Positions 45,108 through 55,423 of a stretch of DNA of 64,000 nt are shown here, piece by piece. The stretch spans positions 23,961 through 87,960 of the forward strand of contig PRDI01000058.1 in NCBI GenBank assembly GCA_003345595.1. Reading direction: 5' to 3'. Under the pieces are notes generated by a model that was given only the letters and a program-made list of their open reading frames with translations, had not been told where the DNA came from and ran no database searches. The position numbers and the translations under genes were made by a program. The DNA comes from Candidatus Thorarchaeota archaeon. Lineage in GTDB: Archaea > Asgardarchaeota > Thorarchaeia > Thorarchaeales > Thorarchaeaceae. The stretch's first letter is position 1; each line of letters begins with the position of its first letter.

Positions 45108-45142
45108 GGGGCGGCCGTACGGTACGGCAGGCTGGCGCCCCT
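45108..45142. terminator. GC-rich hairpin between convergent genes
   Basis: GGGGCG...CGCCCC enclosing GCCGTAC/GTACGGC just after the tdh stop. Confidence 0.4.
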
Positions 45143-45201
45143 CTCTTACGGTTTCGACATAGTTCCTCAGGGGTCATTGTCAGGAAGTCGGTCTTGAGTT
45201 T

Positions 45202-46344
45202 CTAGAAGACTTTCTTCTTGATCTCGACGCCGCGAGCACGCATAGCATCGATGAATGGAGCCGGAGGAATTGCTTTCTCCGGTGGTAGAACACCTCTCTC
45301 ATCTATCGTGCCGTCCGCCAACATGACGGCCGTCGCCGCAGCAGGAAAAGCAGTCGTTCTCATCATCGAGGTGAGGTCCGTCTTGTCATCATATGTGTCA
45401 ATGACCTCGTACTCGATTGTCCGCGACTCCGTCCCTTTCCATCCCTCCACAGTGACGCGAATCAGTGTCGCGTCCTTTCCCGAAGCCGGTAGATTCTTCT
45501 CAAGGAGCTTCTCAAGAACTTTCCTTGGAGCTAGCTTAACGCCACCAAACTCCTGCTCACTGCTATCCATGAACCCGAGCTTATACAAGCACCACATCTT
45601 GTGTCCGTGACCGGGATATCTGAGCGTCTTGTAGTCAAGATCCTTGATTTTTCCCTGATATGTCAGTGGCAGCGTTGATGTCCCACCACTAGTGTTGAAC
45701 GCTTCGAGCATCCCGAATGGTTCTGGGAACTGCACCTGTTCAAAGCCAACAAGTGGATCCTCGTATGCAATCTTCCCATTTCTGAGAACCATGCAAGGCT
45801 CAACGTATTCATTGATTAGCCCCTCAACGGAGAAGACTATGGAGTAGTTGAGTGGAGGTTGGGGTTTCTGTTGGAGCCCTCCCACCCTGATCTTGACCCG
45901 GTCAGTCCTGCTCAAGTAGTCAACTCCATCACGGACTAGCACGTTTGTCATCCCAGGCGCGACTCCACAATCGGGAACCACCGTTATTCCCGCGGTCTTC
46001 GCCTTGTCATGAAGCTCCAACTGCTTCTCGACCACTCTGAAGTTGCCACCAAGATCACAGAGATGAACATGTGTTTCGATTGCGACCTCCGTGTGGAGCA
46101 GGTTCACAGAGTAGCTCACGCAGCTGACCACTGAGTCGACCTTGGAAAAGGCCTTGATAAGCTGGCCTCTGTCCCTCGCGTCCAGCTTCTCCGGCACAGC
46201 CTTGGGACCCACCGCCTTTGCGAGGGCTTCCGCATGTTGAAAGTCGATGTCTGCCACATGCACCTGTTCGACTTTGGGGCTTCGCACAAGGTCGTGTGCT
46301 GCTCCTTTTCCCATGAGACCAGAGCCCAAGACGAGGACCTTCAA
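45202..46344 (-). CDS. Saccharopine dehydrogenase / lysine 6-dehydrogenase family protein
   Basis: VLGSGLMG, DLGGN, DCGVAPG, FSVEGLINEY, KTLRYPGH and MMRTTAFP. TTG start at 46344. Confidence 0.87.
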   Translation of the reverse strand: MKVLVLGSGLMGKGAAHDLVRSPKVEQVHVADIDFQHAEALAKAVGPKAVPEKLDARDRGQLIKAFSKVDSVVSCVSYSVNLLHTEVAIETHVHLCDLGGNFRVVEKQLELHDKAKTAGITVVPDCGVAPGMTNVLVRDGVDYLSRTDRVKIRVGGLQQKPQPPLNYSIVFSVEGLINEYVEPCMVLRNGKIAYEDPLVGFEQVQFPEPFGMLEAFNTSGGTSTLPLTYQGKIKDLDYKTLRYPGHGHKMWCLYKLGFMDSSEQEFGGVKLAPRKVLEKLLEKNLPASGKDATLIRVTVEGWKGTESRTIEYEVIDTYDDKTDLTSMMRTTAFPAAATAVMLADGTIDERGVLPPEKAIPPAPFIDAMRARGVEIKKKVF

Positions 46345-46600
46345 GTCGATCAATCCCTCGCGAATACTGCTATATATAATGGGACTCAGAGCAGAAAACA
46401 GTATCGACGGATGCATGTCGTAATCAGGCTGGCCAGCGACATCAGTTCGTCAACGTGCCTCTCATGGGAAGATGCCGCTATCTGCCGTTTCAGTGTGTGA
46501 GCTTTGATGTGGCTCGTCAGGTTCATTATGCTGCTCATGGACCATAGTCGGAAGCCAAGACTGCTGAAGGACCAGCTGGCACTATTTGATGATGCAGGTG

Positions 46601-48487
46601 CTAGACTTCTCGTGAGAAGACTGGTTGCATCGACACGAGCTTAGGCATCAGCAGACGCTGCTTGGGAGCAAACGATGTCTTGTCGCCGATGGTCTTGACC
46701 AGCTCAGCGAGAGTCAAGGATACTTGGTCTCGTTTCTCACGCCGACGGACAGATATCCGCCCGCTCTGCTTCTCCTGATCGCCGACCACACAGATGAATG
46801 GCACCCAAAGCTTCTCGGCCGCCCTCACCTTCTTCGCGACAGTCATCTCTCTGTCATCAATCTCATATCGGATACCTGACTTGTCCAGCTCGGTGCCGAG
46901 CTTCAGGCAATAGTCGAGATAGGCAGTGTCGACAGGCAAGAGCCTGACCTGCACAGGCGTCATCCACAAGGGTATGTGAGGAACGTTTCCTTCCTTGATG
47001 TCCTTGTACGCCTGCTCAAGAACACCATACACGATTCTCTCGATTGAGCCCGAAGGAGAGGTATGCAGGATGAGTGGGTGCTTCTCGCTCCCGGCTTCAT
47101 CAATGTATCTTATGTCGAACCTCTCTCCATTCTCCACATCGATCTGACAGGTGGCGAGGCAGGCTGCCTTCTTCTGGTCATCTACTACGTTCCACTCACC
47201 CTTGAAGATGAAATAGGCATAGCGCTGGTCAAAGACCTCGATCATGACAGGTTTCCCGATCTTTGCCACGACTCGCTCTATGAAGTCTTCGTTCTCTTCG
47301 TAGAAAGATCGAAGTACGCGGAATGAAACCTCATATCTGACCTCAAGTTCGTGCATGAGCTTCTCAATGAACACAAGCTGTTTCTCGATTGACTTCTTGG
47401 CCATGTCGACATTTGCGACAAACTCATGGATGTCAGGCATCGTGAAAGCTCGGGGTCGTCTCATGCCTGCCAACTCACCTGCCAGTTCTCTCCGATATGA
47501 CGGAGCTATCTCAAAGAGCTTGAGAGGTAATTGCTTGTAGGAGACCTGAGCCTGCGATATGAGGAGGAACTGCCCGAAGCAGGCGGAGAATCTCGCAAAA
47601 TAGTCGTGGTCACCAGAACGGACCACATACTGACGAGAGGGGAATCTCTGCAAATACGACTTCAGCGACGGATGCGCGTAGTCGTATATCAGCGGCGTCT
47701 GAACGACAAATGCTCCGTAGTCAACCATTTCTGCAGTCACCCTCTCTTCGACAGCCCTCTTGAGTGTCAGGCCGCGTGGGGGCCACCTGAAGTTGCCTGG
47801 GTCAGAACCCGGTTCATAGTCGACGAGCTCTAGATTCTTCATGATCTCGATATGCGGCGGGGGCTCATGGACGGTCCTGTCCTTTGCTGTTTCATACTTC
47901 ACGTAGAGCCTGAGCTCCTCAAGCCCTGAGTAGTCGAACCTGTCCACATCGGTCAGTGTACCATCTGGCTGCATGATAGAGAAGTGGCTGGTGGCCTTCT
48001 GTTCAGCAGCCACTGCAGTAAGGTCCTCACCCCGTGTCACTTCTTTGTCTTTAGTTGCCTGAGTGGTGATGTCAAGCACTTTGGACCTCTCTGCCAGAGG
48101 ATGACCCTTGCAGTGGATTGAGAACGCCTTGTACCACCCGAACGGGGCTCTTACGACCTCGTATCCCCTCGACATGAGAGCCTCAGCTACCTCCTTCAGA
48201 AGACTAAGAGCATTGGCAGGACTCGCCGGCTTCTCACTGAGGTGCACCCAGGGGTAGACCACGACTCTCCGCTCTTTGACCTCATCTGCTGCACTCGCGA
48301 TCATGTCGGCAGTGAGCCGCGCAGCAGTGCTGATATCCGTCTGGTCGGGGGTTTCTGCCGCGATGAAGTTCACAAGGCATGAGTCGTTCGTGGAGTATGA
48401 CTTCTGTTCAACGTCTTCCGCTTCCTTGAGTGCCTTTCTCTTGACTTCATATGTAAAGCCGTCGGAGTGGATCTGTAGCATTCTCAT
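46601..48487 (-). CDS. thrS: Threonyl-tRNA synthetase, archaeal type
   Basis: N-terminal archaeal editing domain (LQIHSD, YPWVHLS, PFGWYK...CKGHPLAE); core motifs RFSACFG, RAFTMPDIH, QIDVEN, LHTSPSGSIER and PVQVRLLP. Confidence 0.95.
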   Translation of the reverse strand: MRMLQIHSDGFTYEVKRKALKEAEDVEQKSYSTNDSCLVNFIAAETPDQTDISTAARLTADMIASAADEVKERRVVVYPWVHLSEKPASPANALSLLKEVAEALMSRGYEVVRAPFGWYKAFSIHCKGHPLAERSKVLDITTQATKDKEVTRGEDLTAVAAEQKATSHFSIMQPDGTLTDVDRFDYSGLEELRLYVKYETAKDRTVHEPPPHIEIMKNLELVDYEPGSDPGNFRWPPRGLTLKRAVEERVTAEMVDYGAFVVQTPLIYDYAHPSLKSYLQRFPSRQYVVRSGDHDYFARFSACFGQFLLISQAQVSYKQLPLKLFEIAPSYRRELAGELAGMRRPRAFTMPDIHEFVANVDMAKKSIEKQLVFIEKLMHELEVRYEVSFRVLRSFYEENEDFIERVVAKIGKPVMIEVFDQRYAYFIFKGEWNVVDDQKKAACLATCQIDVENGERFDIRYIDEAGSEKHPLILHTSPSGSIERIVYGVLEQAYKDIKEGNVPHIPLWMTPVQVRLLPVDTAYLDYCLKLGTELDKSGIRYEIDDREMTVAKKVRAAEKLWVPFICVVGDQEKQSGRISVRRREKRDQVSLTLAELVKTIGDKTSFAPKQRLLMPKLVSMQPVFSREV

Positions 48488-48594
48488 TCTGGAGACCTAC
48501 TACTACCCCTGCCTCATGCATCACTTAACTTTGGCGCAGAAGCTCCTTCCGGTGCAACTGTGGCTACAGACGCGACAGTAAACCGACCGAATAC

Positions 48595-48879
48595 TCATGG
48601 AGGCTGGAATGTGACTTCGGTATTCTCTGTAGCCTTGAGTTGCTGCAGATAAGTGGCATCAACAACATCTCCGATTATGTCGATTTCATTGTTAACCAAC
48701 GCTAGGACCTGTTGGTCGTCACTGCTAATCACATTGTAGACAATCTCGTCGACAAAGGGACCCGTGTTGGCCGGGAGATCATGATGCACCCGTGCCTGCC
48801 CGATAGGACAGTAGAATGGCATCAGTGTTGCGAAGACAACGACCAGCAACACTGCCTTCGTCCATCTCTCCAATGACAT
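48595..48879 (-). pseudogene. Truncated N-terminal fragment of a permuted family-5 solute-binding protein
   Basis: Signal peptide plus GPFVDEIVYNVISSDDQQVLALVNNEIDIIGDVVDATYL aligns with GPLIDKLVYKVISGYDDQALALMNNDIDLIGDMVDPDYL of 49701..51860. Stops after 94 aa. Confidence 0.75.
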
Positions 48880-49700
48880 ACGAATCCGCTTCCTACTGCG
48901 AGAAAAGCAGTACCCGTGCCGCTACCGTCTATTGATCACTGTGAGATGCCAATGACTCGGACCGGCAATAGAAAGAGTAGCATGAGCAGACCCATCGAGT
49001 ACTGGTCGCTGGGCCTGCTGATGCCAGGGTGCTAGCAGCCAGATGAGCCGCTAGCTACCTTCCAGCCCTAGTTGCGAGCTGTGAGATCGGTGACCCTACT
49101 CACTATGCTCGTCTACTAGTTGACTGGGTCCTCGTGGTTGAGCCTTGGGCATGAGCCGATTTGGCCGCAGTACTCTGCGTCACGGTCGGTTGCTCCTGGT
49201 TCTGACGGTTATGCTTGCCACCACGAGTCCTGGTGGTGTGATTGTTTCGTTTGCCCACTATCTATCTCACCTCCATGGCATGATAGAAAGCGGACTGCTG
49301 TCGCAGTGCATTCTTGCCCGCATGACCGGCTGACGCCTTGTGATGTAGATTATTACGACTCAGCAGTCAGACCAATACATGTCGGCAGGAATCCGCAGCT
49401 CTACCAGCTGCGAGATAGTGGGGCGTGTACCGACACGTCAGCGCATTGGGGAGATTGCTCCGTGAGATTGCGACACAATGTCGAACTCCGTGTTCCCCAA
49501 TTCCAATGAAGTAGATTGCATTACTCATGCTGAGGCAGTATCGCCTTCTGTTTTCCACTCATGCATCGAATGCTAATAAAGTTTTACCCGTTTGTTCACT
49601 GGAATCGGAGGCTTATCCAGCTCTCTTCGGTGGGAATTGGCTGGCATATGGCGGGTCGCAACGAAGACAAGATGGTCGTTCTGGGGCCACTGGGGGCAAT

Positions 49701-51860
49701 CTAATCGCCACGAGACGTGAGGACTGTGTGTAGATGAGACGGATAAATGGCCGGTTTCTGCTGAAGAGTACTATGTATTCTTGCCGGGTGTCTTGCTTGG
49801 ATTATCAACGCACTGAACACAACAATGACCGCAACTCCAGCTCCAGTGATCAGAGTAGCCAACAGCATGGCAAGACTCTCCCCTTCAATACTTCTCACTA
49901 TGACCCAGACTGTGTCAGTGGCACGCGCTCCAAATGCATCAGTTACAACCAGAGTGTAGTTGTAAGCACTCACGGACAGCCCGTCCACTGTTATCGAAAC
50001 CCACCGACTCGAATCGTTCAAGGGACCTGATTCGACTCGTGTGTTGTTGCATGTAATCTCGTAGTGAACAGGGTCTCCAGCAAGCAATGACCACGTTATC
50101 CTGTTGCCAGTTCGGCTCTCGGTATACGTGATGTCTGATGGATAGCTAATGATAGTCGGGGACACAGCAGAGCCGTGGAAGTAGTCGGGGTTCCGGGTGA
50201 GTTCAACGAACTCACCGGTCCCGTATCCGGATATGTTGAAGGGACCTGACGTCACCATGGGTTCTGTTGGTGGGTGCGGGGTCCAGGTGTCCCAGCCGGT
50301 GGCACCAATCTCCATGAATACGTGCTTCGGCATGATCGGCTTGTAGCCAATGGTGTGCAGATGCCAGTATGACTCTGAACCGAACTCAACAACGACCTGT
50401 GACTCGCTGGTCGCGTAGGCCGCTGTCATCTCGGTCAGATCACAACCGAACGGGTTGCCCGCCGCGTCACGATAGTAGTTCATTGTGAACGCCACATCAT
50501 CAGCGCTCAAAGGCTGACCATCGGTCCACCTAGCAATCTGATGCAAACTGAATGTGAATCTTGTGTGACCTTCAGGAACTGATGGGTCGTCCTGGTGTGT
50601 TTCTGCCACATAGGATTCTGCGAGCCAAGGCACGTCCTCGCCGTCAGGGCCTCTGATGATCAGACTATCATACAGCTCCTGTAGAATATTCCATGAATAA
50701 GCAGAAGAAGAGGCCATGAAGTTGAAGGTGTCAAGTTCCAGTGAGTTGCTCCATCTAAGTGCACCGCCAAATGGACCGCCCTGCGACTCCTTCAAGTGCA
50801 CATTGTAGTTGGTCCACCAGGAATGTGCACCATCAGCGAAATCGTTGACGAAACCTTCGAACCTGTCATTCCTGTATGCCGAGAAGAGGAAGCTATCATA
50901 GCAGACGATCTCTGGACACTCGTAAACCCATATCTTCTGCATCTCAATAGCGGCCTCATAGACCTCGTCATAGTCTGCGGAGTGAAGGAGCTGCTCCCTC
51001 CAGGAATCGTATGACGCATTGCGAAAGCATGGGAAGTTCCAGTAGGGCTCGTCGGCATACTCCGACCAGAACTCATAGGCAAGCCAGTCGACATCAAAGC
51101 TGCTGAGGCTCGTGCCGAGGAACATCATGTCGTAGTCAGTATGGTAAATCAGGGACAGGTAGCGGTCCCCCAAACAGTCTTCATACACGGTTGCGTCAAC
51201 GTGAAGCGCATGGAGCGTGTCTCTGACGAGGGAGCCAACCTTGACTGCAATGGGTGACGACGTGAGAAGATCGATGGCGACATCAAAGTCCATTCCATTG
51301 GGGGCTTCCCTTGTACCGTCCATATCTACATCAAAGAAACCTGCGCCGTTGAGCATCTGGTTTCCAAGGGTCAGGTTTCCCTCATAGTAGCTGTACGGCA
51401 GCTGGCCCTCGACGGAGAACGGATTTCTCTTGGGTATGCATGAATCGAGCGGCTCTGAGAGATTCTCCCATATCACCCTTGATATTTCCCATTTGTCCAG
51501 TGCGAAGGCAAGGGCTCTTCTGAACCCGGTCACGTTGAATGGATACTTGTCGCACTTGATAGTCAGGTATCCGTATCCATTCCTTGGAGTCCTAGCGAAT
51601 CCGACGTTTCCCGCTTCCTCTAGTTCTGGCAGGTAGTCTGGATCAACCATGTCTCCTATGAGATCGATGTCATTATTCATGAGTGCAAGGGCCTGATCAT
51701 CGTACCCTGATATCACCTTGTAGACCAGTTTGTCGATTAGTGGCCCATGTCTTCTGTAGTCTTCAGCGATCGTTCCAACAGACCCTGATGGCAAGAAGCA
51801 TGATGTCGAGAAGACAACGAAGAATGCCAGCATAAGCACTCCCGCCTTGTCAGTCCGCAT
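49701..51860 (-). CDS. Family-5 ABC solute-binding protein, circularly permuted, with Ig-like domain and C-terminal TM anchor
   Basis: FRRALAFALD, LYDSL, PWLAESY, WTDGQPLSADDVAFT and SGPF; C-terminal YNYTLVVTDAFG...DTVWVIV followed by a TM helix. Confidence 0.85.
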   Translation of the reverse strand: MRTDKAGVLMLAFFVVFSTSCFLPSGSVGTIAEDYRRHGPLIDKLVYKVISGYDDQALALMNNDIDLIGDMVDPDYLPELEEAGNVGFARTPRNGYGYLTIKCDKYPFNVTGFRRALAFALDKWEISRVIWENLSEPLDSCIPKRNPFSVEGQLPYSYYEGNLTLGNQMLNGAGFFDVDMDGTREAPNGMDFDVAIDLLTSSPIAVKVGSLVRDTLHALHVDATVYEDCLGDRYLSLIYHTDYDMMFLGTSLSSFDVDWLAYEFWSEYADEPYWNFPCFRNASYDSWREQLLHSADYDEVYEAAIEMQKIWVYECPEIVCYDSFLFSAYRNDRFEGFVNDFADGAHSWWTNYNVHLKESQGGPFGGALRWSNSLELDTFNFMASSSAYSWNILQELYDSLIIRGPDGEDVPWLAESYVAETHQDDPSVPEGHTRFTFSLHQIARWTDGQPLSADDVAFTMNYYRDAAGNPFGCDLTEMTAAYATSESQVVVEFGSESYWHLHTIGYKPIMPKHVFMEIGATGWDTWTPHPPTEPMVTSGPFNISGYGTGEFVELTRNPDYFHGSAVSPTIISYPSDITYTESRTGNRITWSLLAGDPVHYEITCNNTRVESGPLNDSSRWVSITVDGLSVSAYNYTLVVTDAFGARATDTVWVIVRSIEGESLAMLLATLITGAGVAVIVVFSALIIQARHPARIHSTLQQKPAIYPSHLHTVLTSRGD

Positions 51861-52007
51861 GGCTCGACAGCTCCCTGCCTTGGTCGGCTAGCTGAGGACG
51901 TCAGACCTATTAACATTGTATGTGTTCTTCTTCCCACATTGTAGAAGGGTCCATGCTGCATCTACGGTGCAACACACCGCCGCACTTATTTCGTCTGAAG
52001 CTGACAG

Positions 52008-53444
52008 ATGGAACTCATGAAGAGATTCGACGTGCTTGTTCTTGGATCGGGTGCAGGTGCGAACGTTGCGGCAAATGCGTACGAGCGGGGAATGAACGTG
52101 GCCGTTGTCGACAACGACCGATTTGGTGGCACCTGCCTCAACAGAGGCTGCATACCAACCAAGATTCTCACGTACGTTGCTGACCTCATTGTGGACATCG
52201 GCAAAGCGGAGAAGGTGAATCTGAGGGCGAGAGTCGAGGGAGTCGATTTCGAAGGTTTGATGAGTCGGATGCGAAGAGAAACGTGGGAGGAGTCAGAAAA
52301 GATAGAGAAGAATATCGCAGAGAGCAAGGGCTACGAGTTCTACAAGGGGACGGGCCAGTTTGTTGCGGACTACACGATGGATGTCAATGGAGAGAGAATC
52401 AGGGCAGATCATGTTGTCATAGCGTCGGGAGCTCGACCTTCCATTCCTCCAATCAATGGCATAGAGCACGTCCACTATCTCACGAACAAGACGGCCCTCG
52501 AGCTGAGCGAGAAGCCTGAGTCCATGATAATCATCGGAGGTGGCTACATTGCAGTTGAGTTCGGCCACTTCTTCTCTGCCATAGGTACAGACGTCACGAT
52601 CCTTGAGCAGATGCCAAGGCTCCTGACGGCCGAGGATGAGGATGTTTCAGCTCTTCTTCAGAGGGAGCTCGCTACCCGCATGAGGGTCTTCACTAACCAT
52701 GAAGTAGTTGGGGCAAGCGAAAGCAACGGCATGAAGACGGTGGTGGCAAGGGACAGACAGTCAGGGGCTGAGAGGGAGCTCACAGCAGAAGCTCTGCTGA
52801 TTGCAGCAGGTAGAGTCTCGAATGCGGACCTCTTCAAGCCAGAGAAGACCGGAGTCAAGACTGACCCCAAGGGTTGGATCGTAGTAGACGAGTTCCTCCG
52901 GACGACGAAGAAGAACATCTGGGCTCTTGGCGATGCACTTGGAAAGCATATGTTCAGACATGTCGCCAATGAACAGTCGGGAATAGTGTGGCACAACATT
53001 GCAGCTACAATTGAATCGAAACGAGGCCAAGAGCCAGAGCTGCACAAGATGGACTATCATGCCATACCAAGAGCTGTGTTCTCGTACCCGCCGATTGCGA
53101 CAGTGGGTATGACACTGCGGGAAGCCGCGGAGTCCGGTCGTGAACTCCTTGTGGGACAAACAGACTATGCCACGACTGCAAAGGGCGCAGCCATGGGCTA
53201 TCCACCGGGCTTTGTCCGTGTGATCTGTGATGGACGTGAGGGCACTGTACTGGGAGCCACGATAATCGGACCCGATGCGCCGACGCTAGTCCAGGAGATC
53301 ACGAATCTGATGAACGCAGGAGATCACGGATACGCGCCTATCTTCAAGTCTATTCATATCCATCCCGCATTGCCGGAGGTCGTGCAAGACGCATTCGGCA
53401 ATCTTGCACCGTTGGGTCACGTGCATGACCATAGCCTTCACTGA
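52008..53444 (+). CDS. Class I pyridine nucleotide-disulfide oxidoreductase (dihydrolipoamide dehydrogenase/mycothione reductase-like)
   Basis: GSGAG, GGTCLNRGCIPTK, GGGYIAVE, WALGD and HIHPALPE. Confidence 0.9.
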   Translation: MELMKRFDVLVLGSGAGANVAANAYERGMNVAVVDNDRFGGTCLNRGCIPTKILTYVADLIVDIGKAEKVNLRARVEGVDFEGLMSRMRRETWEESEKIEKNIAESKGYEFYKGTGQFVADYTMDVNGERIRADHVVIASGARPSIPPINGIEHVHYLTNKTALELSEKPESMIIIGGGYIAVEFGHFFSAIGTDVTILEQMPRLLTAEDEDVSALLQRELATRMRVFTNHEVVGASESNGMKTVVARDRQSGAERELTAEALLIAAGRVSNADLFKPEKTGVKTDPKGWIVVDEFLRTTKKNIWALGDALGKHMFRHVANEQSGIVWHNIAATIESKRGQEPELHKMDYHAIPRAVFSYPPIATVGMTLREAAESGRELLVGQTDYATTAKGAAMGYPPGFVRVICDGREGTVLGATIIGPDAPTLVQEITNLMNAGDHGYAPIFKSIHIHPALPEVVQDAFGNLAPLGHVHDHSLH

Positions 53445-53468
53445 ATCGAATGTTCAAGTCATTGACGC

Positions 53469-55046
53469 TCAGAAAGATGAGCACACGCATTTCCTGAAAT
53501 TGGTGCACAGACTGTTGGAGATGTGGTCGCGGTCAGCGGTACCAGTGCCGCGATTGCGGATGATCAAGATTGAAAAGACCACGATTGTTATGACCGCGGC
53601 GGCAGTCACTATTTGCGTCATTTGATTCCAGTTCCATGGACTGCCTCCATCGGTAGTAATTGTCGACGAGGTCGAAGTTGCTTTGGATGGGAAGTGGTCA
53701 ATGCTTCCTGCTGAGCCCGGGATCTGATAATCTCCCCCGCCTGAGTAGTCGCTCCAGCTGTTTCCAAGCGCGTTTCCGTCGTCCCAGAGGTTATTGATCC
53801 CGTCATCCTGGGCATTGCACTCATTGTTCCATCCGATAGTGTTTGCACAAACCAAGTTCCCAGTGCATTCGTACTCTAGTTCCAACCCTGTGACTGTGTT
53901 TTGACAGATGGTGTTGTTGATCAATATGCAGTCTCGGCAAAACTGCATGTCAACTCCGTGTCCATTCCCATGTATGTCGTTCCCAATGACCAACGCCTGT
54001 TGCAGATCTATGCAAACCAGTCCATCGGAGTTTTCACCAATTGTGCTATTCGCTATGTAGGATCTGTCGGACCCAATGCACCAGATTCCCCAGCCGCCGT
54101 TGCCTGAAAACAAGCAGTGGGCCAGCACGCTGCTGTACGAGTCATTCAACATGATCCCCCAAATCATGTTCGAATTGGCCGTTATCCCGTCAAGGAATGT
54201 CCTTTGTGACTTCGCGATTGTAGCTCCATATACACCGAAAGACAGTACACTGTCGTACACTGAGCAGTCCTCGCAGAGGGCCATTGTAATGCCTACCGTC
54301 GTGTCGCCAAGTTCGCCTCCATGGATCTCGACTCTGCTGCAACCAGCAAGTACTATTTGTCCGTAGTCTACGCCTGGTACCATGAGGTCGTGAGCACTCA
54401 AGAAGTAACCCATGGCCTTCCCATTGACCGTGTTGCCGACGACAGTGTGATTCCATTCATCTATTGTGTCACCCTCGACTATCAACCCGGTATGAACAAG
54501 CCTACTGTCCATTAGAGTGCAGTGCTTGGACCATGCGAAGTACACGCCATATTGAACTTCGATCACTGTGATATTCATGAGCTCGCAGTCCTCTGAGTTA
54601 TGGACATCGATGCCCATATAGAAGCTGTCAAGCAAGCAAGAATCCACGACTCCATTGCGGGTCGATGAGAAGGTTATCGCCCTGCCTTCATAGCTCACAT
54701 CCGTACTGAAGACTGAGTTTCTGATGACAAAGTGAGCGTTGACATTAGTTACCCATATACAATAGGCGTTACTGAGGATTGACAGGTTCTCTATAGCGAA
54801 TGGGAAGTCGTATGAGCCGTTGCCTTTCCAGCCCTCGGATGCAGCTTGGGCCGCGAAGTCTGCGTCGCCATCTATCCATATTGGATCGTGGTTGCCGGTT
54901 GCCGTACTGTGAATTTCATGCGTTGTTCGGTGATTCGTCAGCCCAGTATCTGACTTGGCCGCGACAGAGGCGGTCAACACAAGGGCCGCTGTGAGCACAA
55001 GCAGAGCAATCCTATGCTTACAGGCATCCAATGGACAATCCTTCAT
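53469..55046 (-). CDS. Surface protein with right-handed parallel beta-helix (NosD/CASH) repeats and C-terminal TM
   Basis: Signal peptide, HDPIWIDG...GNGS..P..IENL, Asn/Gly/Ile repeats, GNSWSDY, Ser/Thr linker and TM. Confidence 0.82.
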   Translation of the reverse strand: MKDCPLDACKHRIALLVLTAALVLTASVAAKSDTGLTNHRTTHEIHSTATGNHDPIWIDGDADFAAQAASEGWKGNGSYDFPFAIENLSILSNAYCIWVTNVNAHFVIRNSVFSTDVSYEGRAITFSSTRNGVVDSCLLDSFYMGIDVHNSEDCELMNITVIEVQYGVYFAWSKHCTLMDSRLVHTGLIVEGDTIDEWNHTVVGNTVNGKAMGYFLSAHDLMVPGVDYGQIVLAGCSRVEIHGGELGDTTVGITMALCEDCSVYDSVLSFGVYGATIAKSQRTFLDGITANSNMIWGIMLNDSYSSVLAHCLFSGNGGWGIWCIGSDRSYIANSTIGENSDGLVCIDLQQALVIGNDIHGNGHGVDMQFCRDCILINNTICQNTVTGLELEYECTGNLVCANTIGWNNECNAQDDGINNLWDDGNALGNSWSDYSGGGDYQIPGSAGSIDHFPSKATSTSSTITTDGGSPWNWNQMTQIVTAAAVITIVVFSILIIRNRGTGTADRDHISNSLCTNFRKCVCSSF

Positions 55047-55156
55047 CGCATAGTCCTACCGACTCCATGTGGGAGCCCGGAAATGCTTAAGGCTTTCGTC
55101 TAGAATGAAGGGTGCTGAGCCCGGGCCATGATTCAGCCGTTGCTCTTGTCTTCGGC

Positions 55157-55414
55157 TCAATCGTGCGATAGGACTCCTCCTCCGACGGGCGGGAAGAAGA
55201 CAACAAGATCCCCTTCCGAGAGCTTCTGTCCTGTGTCGAAGGTGCGTATCCCGTTTACCATTATTATGCGCGCGTGGTCCTTCGGGAATCCGAGCTTCTC
55301 GATGATTTCCGATATGTTAGCCGTTTCTAGCTCGACTGGGAATGACTCGCCTATTGCTGTGCCCTTCGGTGCGAATGGTCGAAGTGTCGCATAGAGCTTG
55401 ACATTGACGTGCAT
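55157..55414 (-). CDS. MoaD/ThiS family protein
   Basis: VNVKLYATLR...IMVNG...LSEGDLVVFFPPVGGG; RBS GGTGA before ATG 55414. Confidence 0.85.
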   Translation of the reverse strand: MHVNVKLYATLRPFAPKGTAIGESFPVELETANISEIIEKLGFPKDHARIIMVNGIRTFDTGQKLSEGDLVVFFPPVGGGVLSHD

Positions 55415-55423
55415 GCTTCTCAC

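Noticed and set aside
49120-49509. Possible remnant of a secreted beta-helix protein (hydrophobic stretch plus RPIHVGRN...GACT in different frames)
   Set aside because: The similarity is too short and frame-broken to support without a translated search.
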